A DNA stretch of 64,000 nt from assembly GCA_000934665.2 (NCBI GenBank), contig JYFJ02000454.1, positions 1-64,000 of the forward strand, written 5' to 3'. The stretch is from Catajapyx aquilonaris (taxonomy: Eukaryota). Every line of letters begins with the position of its first letter. Positions within the stretch are counted from its first letter, which is position 1. The position numbers and the translations under genes were made by a program. Of this stretch, positions 55,701 to 64,000 are shown one piece after another. The notes below the pieces were generated by a model that worked only from the letters and a program-made list of their open reading frames with translations, was not told the DNA's origin and searched no databases.

Positions 55701-58700
55701 TTTTCCCAACAATGGCCCAGCCTATTGTCTCTTACAAGAAGCCGTCCCCAATCTTGGTAATGATGAAGTCGGCTTGTTAATCCTTCCCGAAAAAAGGCCT
55801 GGAGGGAACCGCCGTCATTTTAACGTCGCTTGAAAAAAAATTCGTGGGCCTGTAATTTCGTGCCATATTGCCTCAAAAAACTGGGGGGATGGCCGCGTCC
55901 TGCAGGATGTTTCTCACTAATGAGTTTTGAGAGTCGCTAGTCGCCCATATTTTTCCCCGGGACAAAAATCACACGGTGCGACGGCCGTTATTGCACCCGG
56001 AGAAAAAAAAGGTGTGACGTTCCAACCGAGCAGAACCCAGTTTTTGTTGGTATTTAGGACATAACCTGGGCGATTCTCAAGAAAAATGCTGTGAAATCAA
56101 ATATGGCGAAAATGTGACGCCAGCTTGTCCCTTAGTCAGCTGCCCTTTTCAGGGTTTACATAATTACATGCAAGTAACGGCTGTTGGCAAGGCGGTTTCA
56201 TGCATCATTACGTTTTTAGGAGGCTAACGACACTTTGCAGACGAAACTTAACACTCTTGCTTACGTGCAGCGAAGGATACTTTAAACAGCAGCTATTTTT
56301 GAGCCAAAGTGCTCCCGCAGTCGGGGGTACTCAGATTCTGAGTAATAGCGGTTTACATGAATGCCATTACAGTAATGAACAAACCCCGAAAATAAAAAGA
56401 GTCCCATTGGACAGAAAAAAGAGCGTGTCTTCCAGGTTGAACTTTGATCGCAATATTCGGAGTCACGCAGTGGTTATTAATCAAACGGTGGCAATACGGT
56501 CGCCGAATAATGATTTTCTCCGTCTGTGACAAAGTCGTACTACCCTTGCACCATAATGATACTGTTTGGTGGTCCCCTCAATTCTACCAGGACCACCATC
56601 CCGCCCTTCCCCGCCTTTGCTTCAACAGTGCTCCCGGGTCCTTGCCCCTTCCATGACTCGCCCCCGCCCCTACCCAGGGGCCTATCTGCAATAAACACTC
56701 TTTCCTCCTTTGCTTTCCACCTGGTTTCCTCAAACATTTTCTCTCCAATCACACACACGCCAGCCCACACACACCGATTGAACCAAAGATGATGGTACCA
56801 ACCAGTAATTGTTGGTTCAATTCATAGTAATTGTTGCCTACTGTCAGTGCTATACAATCAGACAACATGTTCAGTTCTTGAAGGATTCGGTTGTGTCACG
56901 ATCTCCTTTGCGATGACCGGTGAATTTCTTTCGCGATGGCCGGGGAGTCAGCGACAACTCCCCCGCCAAGAAGCGAGTCTTCACCCGTCTCTTGTGTTAT
57001 GTGGCCTAATCGATCAGTTCATAATTATGTTTAAAATGCGTTTTATCCGTATTCCCACAATAAACCACTACCACACCAAACAGCAGTAAAGGCATCAGAT
57101 TGTACCATGCCAGACATTTTGAATCCACACTTTTGAACCAGCTTTTCTTTTAAAACCCCGGCAGTTTGTTTCTCCAGTGTAGCGCACAAAACGACAGGCG
57201 CTTTATATAGGGTGGGGGGCACCGAACCGACCCGGATCACTCACAACCCAACTGATTGATCGTCTTCAGAGCCCCCACCCCCCACCTTCCCCATACCCCA
57301 CCTCCCCTTTGCACACCATTATCGAAAAACTTGTATGTGCCAACCAGAAAGCGTCTGGCTGAAGCCGACTCCAGCCCTGCACGCCACCCATTTACAACCG
57401 ATAAGGACATGTGAGAGAGAGGCTTGGGACCTTCACACGCACACACGTGGTCACGTGCTGTCCCGAAATCAAACATGCACGATTCTGGATGGAAATAATA
57501 CCTCGGTTGGACAAGGTAATGGATAAGGAATTGCCTTACCCTCTCTTTTCCGTATTTCAAGAACGGAAATGCAATCACATCCATTAATTACGGGAGACCC
57601 CCCCAGATTAAGATCTGGCCGGGCAAAAACCGGACGGTTATTAATCATGTTTTTAGCGGAACGTTACCTCCGGAATAAATACGCGAGCCTGTCGCGCACA
57701 TGTCCCGGTTACAATCGCGATGGCGAACTCCTTAATTCGGTCTGGGATCTGGAGACTGCTCTAAATGCAGATGAAAGGCAGGGAAAGACAGGGCCCTCCA
57801 ACCCCTTTTCCCCTCATCTCCCAGGAATTGCTCTATGACTCACTCACTCTTTCCACCTTCGAGCACTCATCGAACTAATGTACCTATACGTGTCTACAAA
57901 CGGAATACCTGATTAAACGCATCCCTATCGTTCCTTAGAGGCTGTCAAAACGGAATATTTTAGTATACGCAGACTCACTTCTTTTTTCCTACAAGAAATG
58001 CGTGAACTACCTTGCGCATAACGCTTAATGCGCATGCATTCAAATTACACATACTCTCTCAGGATATACCGTACACCGTACTTCATTCTTGTATAAATGC
58101 ACAATTTTATGGCAATTTGAAGACATTCCCTTTTGACATGAAATTATATGGCGTGAATTTTCAAGAGGATGTGCATATATAATTTTTTTTTGCAAATGTT
58201 AAGCAAGTGGAGTAAAAATTGACGTAACATCACTATTGCATTGTCGCTCCTAACAGTTGTACTCACCAGTTATTTCGGCAGTCATTCCAACAATGTGAGC
58301 AAACAGCACAAAGAGTCATAATCCCACGAAAAAAAGTTACGTCGCGAAATTAGCAGACACTTTACAAATACCTGGCCTCAGCCAGTTCGCTCCACTACTT
58401 TTCTCGTTATTCACGTGGGCCATCACCGAACTATTTTAGAAAAACCTGGCAATAGTTTCCTGACATACCTGCATAAAAATAACTACCCTCGCAGTTTCAC
58501 CGCAGGTACTAACAAACTGACAGCCTGGTCTCTTCTAAATACCTTTCCCCTCCCCAAGTTTAACCACACTTGACTTTTTGTTTTGAGCACAGCTGTTGTG
58601 AACCTGCCATCCACAGCTATAAATTTTCCTCACTAGAAGAAGCCCCCGCCTCCTTCGATTGTCACCAAAAAGTCAAGAAGCCCCAACCGACTCCCCTGGA

Positions 58701-61700
58701 ATCTTACTCGACGCAATCTGGCACTGCTAAGGGGTAATGGCGCGGGTAATGATGATGAAACTGCCAGGTGATTAATGAAGCACCCTCAGGGGGGATTTCG
58801 TCCGTCAAGCTCCTCCAGAAGCGCCCAGGTATAGAGGAAAGGGTTCTATGAAAAAAATGGTGATAAGAAAGACAGGTTCTAGAGGTAGGCTCCAAAAAAT
58901 GGTGAGATTGTCCATATGACTGGGGCACTAAATTTTATTAATAAAACTTATATTTTTATACTACTAAAAACCTCATAGTGTACATCCTGGTGCTATAAAC
59001 ACCAAGCCTTGATAGTTATTTCCGTGCAATGAACAACGCCCACATTTCCCCTCCTTTCAAGAATGGTGAGGAGGCGGGATGCCACAAATTTTCCCAGATA
59101 AAAATCGAGGACTTTCTTCCCCCTTCCTCCTAAGAAAATTTCCGTGGCAGATGGGGTCCTTCTTTTATAAAAAAAAACCCTTACCCTGAACCTTACATAC
59201 CCTTAAAAAATACCCACAGGTTTTAATCCCTCGTCCACTTACCTCAACATCACCAATGATGATATACGGTCCAAGTAAAACAAATATGCCTGGCCTCCTA
59301 GTTAAGGGGTTACATTTTTCCTCTAGCCTCATGCAAGATTCATAACGTGGCGCTGTTGTTGGTATGCTTTTCCCTTCCCCCCTGAACTTTTCTCCCTTCC
59401 CTTTTGCCAGAGCTTTTAAGCCCTCCCCCTCCCCGCCATCCCCCACGATTTTTCTCGGCAAGTCACCAGGCCGAAGCCTCAACAAAAGTGGAATTTCAGA
59501 GGACAGGGACCCTCCATTTAATGGAGAAATTTTCACCCAAAAAATATTCATTCGAGAGAAGTTTTGTGAATGTTAACATTAATGCTGAATAGGCGACCAA
59601 TATCACACCTTGAGTCATGTATCAACAGGTATTTCCTCCCAATTCACTGTTTATGCAAACATGACACGGTTCCACGTCTTGCCCGAATTTCCAGGCACGA
59701 ACTTCCTCCAAAAAAGACAATCCATGGTCCCGAATACGATCCTCCTCAATATTATGCCTGTTTTTCCAATGAAACATTCATGGGGATGATCAACCAGTTT
59801 CACGTTGTCATAGTCACAACATGTGGGGACACTTCCCAGAATTAACGTGACTTGTGTCATCTGCGACGGGGGGGAGGGGTTTACCCGGAAAAAATTAATC
59901 AATGTCCCGGATACGCCCTGTGTATTTAATAATGTGAAAATGATGGGTCTGGATTTTCACCAGCTGTGCAAATATACGTGCGCATGACGTAGATTCGCAA
60001 TAATCCGAAGAGTGGGGAGGACAAAGGCCTTATTTTTTTGTGTCCCTGCAAAAGTCCAAGCCGTGACATAATCATTTCTCTTTGTGCCACTGCACTTGTC
60101 CGGAAGATGACGAAGATGCTACGTTTTTTCCTCCCTCACATCCACTTTGGATGGCATTTTTACCCCGAAGTGAGTGACATCCATAATTACACTTTGGGCA
60201 AAAAAAACCAAATCGTAATTAACCGCTAGATGTCGCTTAAATATTTTTTTCCCGAAACGACTTATCACATTCCGGTTCTCCCCTCAACATTTTCCATTAA
60301 CTCTCCAGTCCCCCCATTTTCTTGTCGCCATATCCATTTGCAGGCGAGGGGGAAAAGGAAAAACCCAAATATGCATTACCCGACAAGTCCCCCATTTCTA
60401 TGTACACCCCAACTTCTTACTCCCAAACACTGTTGAAAATTCTCACAAAATCACAATGAGAAAACCGTTTCCGCCATCTTTTTTGGTCACTCCATATAGG
60501 GACGCTGGGTCCAAATTTCACCACAATAATCCTATTTTGAGCTAAAAGCAAAGTTTTTGATACGTTCCAGGTCGCTGACCCAGAATAACCCCCCAAGGTC
60601 GCTTACCTTTTTTGGCACCGTCCAGGAGGGGTCACTGCTAAGGTACACTCCCTGCCAAAGAGAAAAAGAGGACACATTTTTAGACGTCGGCAGGGCCATT
60701 CACACTAACTCTGACCACATCTTTCCGGTGGGAGGCATAAAGTCTTTTCTGAGCCGCGGCCCTCCCGCTAAGCCTGAAGCCTCACCTGACCAGTCCAGGT
60801 AGCAATGGAGACATCCAACACCTGCGTCGCACAATGAAACCCACAATAAGCATGGAGGACCATAAATCCCCCGAGCTCCAACTGTTTTTTTGCTCGCCAA
60901 AAAGGGTCATTTTCGCACAAATGTGCGATACAGAAAGCCTGTTTCATGTGAAAAGTGTTGGAGCCGACAACAGATGGCGTTACAAGTCTGGCGCATGCGC
61001 GTGGGAGTTGGATCAGTGCCATGCTAAAAGCGTACAAAAATTATAAATTTAATACAAAAAAAAATTCCGGCACTAATTTATCGGTTTCGTTCGACTTTTC
61101 GGCGTCTCAACGAAACCGTGACAGTTTCGATATTTGCTGAGGTCATTCACTTAATGACTCGACTCAACTCCAGTCAATCTTTCCAAGTCCTTTCCTGTAC
61201 ATTTTTATTGAGACTTGCCCCGTTATGTCCCAAACTCTCTTTTCTCAGGTATTTTCCTCAGGATATATACACCCCTCTTCTTCTAACTCCGAGACAGAAA
61301 AGTGCGACAGTAGATTTACGAGCCAAGGGCCTCAACGAAAAGAGGCTTGACCGGCACCGTAAACCACCCGGGTCGTTTCCAAGTCAAAGGCTGCTCCTGC
61401 AGGACCCCGTGGAAACAAAGGACGATTTACGGCTAGTAAAATAGGAGACCCACCGGACCATGCACAACCCCTTCAATCCCAAAGATCAAAAGCTGTCTTT
61501 TGAAAATATATTCCAACCATTCAAAAATGGTCATATGTATTCGAGGGAACATTTCGGTCGTATCCGAAATTCTGGTCAGGGTTGAACGTCCTTAGTTAGG
61601 ACCGGGCCACAGTTTGCTTTAGACTAAAGTCTGGAGGGGGTTGCCATGTTTGTTTTGCCCCGGATTAAGTCTCCAACTCGTCAGGCGGTTTCCCCTAGGT

Positions 61701-64000
61701 TTCCTAGTCGATGACGCTAATTCCGTGTTTGAACTATGACCTCCCTTCGACCGCACCGGTTATCGCCGGGACAAACTCGCGTGAAACATTGACTGATCTG
61801 GAGAAGTCGGAATCCCCTCCCCCTCCTGGGCAAACAAAGATGGCCGAAAATCCTAGTAACAAATCGCAGTCATTTTGACCCCAGCTAACCCCTGGTAACG
61901 AACTGAAAGCGGGGGGGTCCACCAGCCAGCGTAGGGCATAGATAACGAGAGGAAATTAATGCTTTGTCAGGGACTACGCTGCGATGAAATTGGCGGGGCT
62001 GGGCAGGGGATGTTTATATCTCTGTCGCTACATCTCCAAACAAAAACAGGGGTCCAAACACCCACCCAAAATGGCCTTTCATTTATCAAGTGTTCGAAAA
62101 ACACTAATTTTTGTGTAGTAGCCGAAAGGGGCTTACAGATGGCGCGCGGATTCGCTCAGGTTGAGCGTGAGCTTGAGCGTGAGCGTGAGCTGACTTCTCG
62201 CTTGTGAAAACGTAAAACCGGGAGTACCTTCACTGTCCCCGCATGTCAAACTCTACTGAATACACCCCTGGTTTAGGATATTCCCTAGTGGAACCAACTC
62301 CCAAAAAAAGGGGGGGAGTCCCTGATCTGGCCCATCTCTCTTGTTCCTCCATGGCGCGTCCTAGGCCCCCACAATTTATGGCCTCATTTGGCCCAGGCCG
62401 AAACGGTAGGCACAACGTTGTGATCCTCGCCGACTTTTGGGTCCGTCCAGGCGTGGCTTCCTCGGACGGTTGTAAATCAATCAACCTGGTTGGAAAAAAA
62501 GGGGAGGGAGGGAGGATTTTTCCCGGGGAGAAGGGGGGGGGGGGTCAAAAACACCTTGGGAATTCACGGCCGGGGTGTAAAAAGGGCGGATGTCCACTGT
62601 CCCACAGGTACACAAACTGAGGTCAAACGGTTTTGACCCGCATACCTTCACGTATCGATACAAAAAATATCGATAATATCGATCAGGGTCTAAAAATATA
62701 CACATTTTTACTCGAAGGTTATTCCTTATCGCACACCGCACATACGCCCGTATTATTTGCAATTGAGCGCACGTCACGTGAAGCCCCGCAAAATCCATGT
62801 TTCATCAATAAATCCGCGGAAAACCTGGGCTCAGGTAGGCGACCCCCTTACGCTTTACTACGAAAGCAAATCACGGTACGATTTTTACAACAATGCGTGG
62901 TGTTATTGACCCGTATAAAAGATTTGTCCAGCGGCGCATTTGCAAGCCCCCTGCCGGCTAACCCATAACTTACGGGATGAAACCCGCACGTGGAGGAACG
63001 CGGCTTTAGGCCGGTTCGTCATTAGGCCTGCGCACTTAAAGTCAAAAAATATTTTAAAACATTTGCACCTGTTACAATTTCCCCCAGTTTTAACGAGCAA
63101 AGTTTTAAAAATCTGGGAAAATATTCGACTCTCTGTCACTTTTTATGGAAGCGCATCTTACGCCCAAGTGATCATAATTCCATCTGCATATTTTTAAAGC
63201 AGCCCGTATATTTTTTTAGACTAAATACACGGGGATTGCAAATATTCCGAGCCGCTACTGGATTACAATTAGGCGTTAATGTTTGCCCCAGTTATGCACT
63301 GATTGGAGCAATCTGTTCGCGAATTTAACGCTTACCTGATTTGCATATGTGTCTATTACGCTGTCATCGCAATGCGGACTAGTGTACTCACGAAATTATT
63401 TTGTGTGGTTTACTGCTCAATTTGAGCCGCTTTCTGCACTTGAACGACCATTTTTTTAGCAAATGTGTCAGAATTTCTTTGTCGATTGTGTCAAATATCA
63501 TAATTACCCGCATATATGAAAAGATTTCACGCCAAATATTAAATTCTGTTATGCATTAAATTGTCAAATTTATTCAAAATATTTGAAATCCCTCCAAGCC
63601 ACACCACATGCATTTAAAATAAGACGGGAAATTAAGTTGTTTTTTTTGTTTCAAATTCAGAGTTAAACCACTCAAAATAATCACACGATTTACCACTTTC
63701 CAGCATGCCATCATAATTTACGACCCCAAACCAGACGACACCACCAGTCCTCAACATATATATGACAATCCAGGTCCACCTGCCAGCCTGGAATGTCCCT
63801 CATCTTTTTGACAACATTCACCTCACGTTTAAGTCCCCCCCCCCACCCCAAANACGCCCAGATTATCCTCCATATATTCCCATCTAAATTATTTTTTTTT
63901 TACCCCAGTCAATCCAACGTATCCAGCGATAACCCCACGGTTTTGCGCGTCTTCGTTCCAAGAAAATGGTCTCCTCGCACGAAAAATTTACTCGCCCTAC

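Overview
Eukaryotic (animal, most likely arthropod) genomic DNA with two spliced protein-coding genes in tandem on the minus strand, reconstructed by hand from splice sites and reading-frame phase. (1) A complete Eph receptor tyrosine kinase CDS: 13 core coding exons plus two in-frame juxtamembrane cassette exons, 48623->15071, 1041 aa with both cassettes. Introns 1 and 2 are ~16 kb and ~8.5 kb. The putative 3'UTR is ~2.3 kb. The promoter and first UTR exon(s) lie somewhere upstream of 48720 and were not located. (2) A six-coding-exon orphan class A GPCR resembling GPR153/GPR162 (5190->1399, 816 aa) with a very long C-tail. The most interesting structure is in RNA processing: an 18-nt Eph microexon with a duplicated donor, a 51-nt cassette exon, a four-fold NAGNAG acceptor, a GC-AG intron, a candidate exon that removes the SAM/PDZ tail, uORFs at both start codons, and K-box sites and a perfect hairpin in the Eph 3'UTR. 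Non-coding DNA carries small inverted-repeat elements (one ~80-bp family in three copies), CTCF-like motif arrays and minisatellites. Most other short ORFs in the track look spurious. No prokaryote-type system, CRISPR array, rRNA or tRNA was seen.
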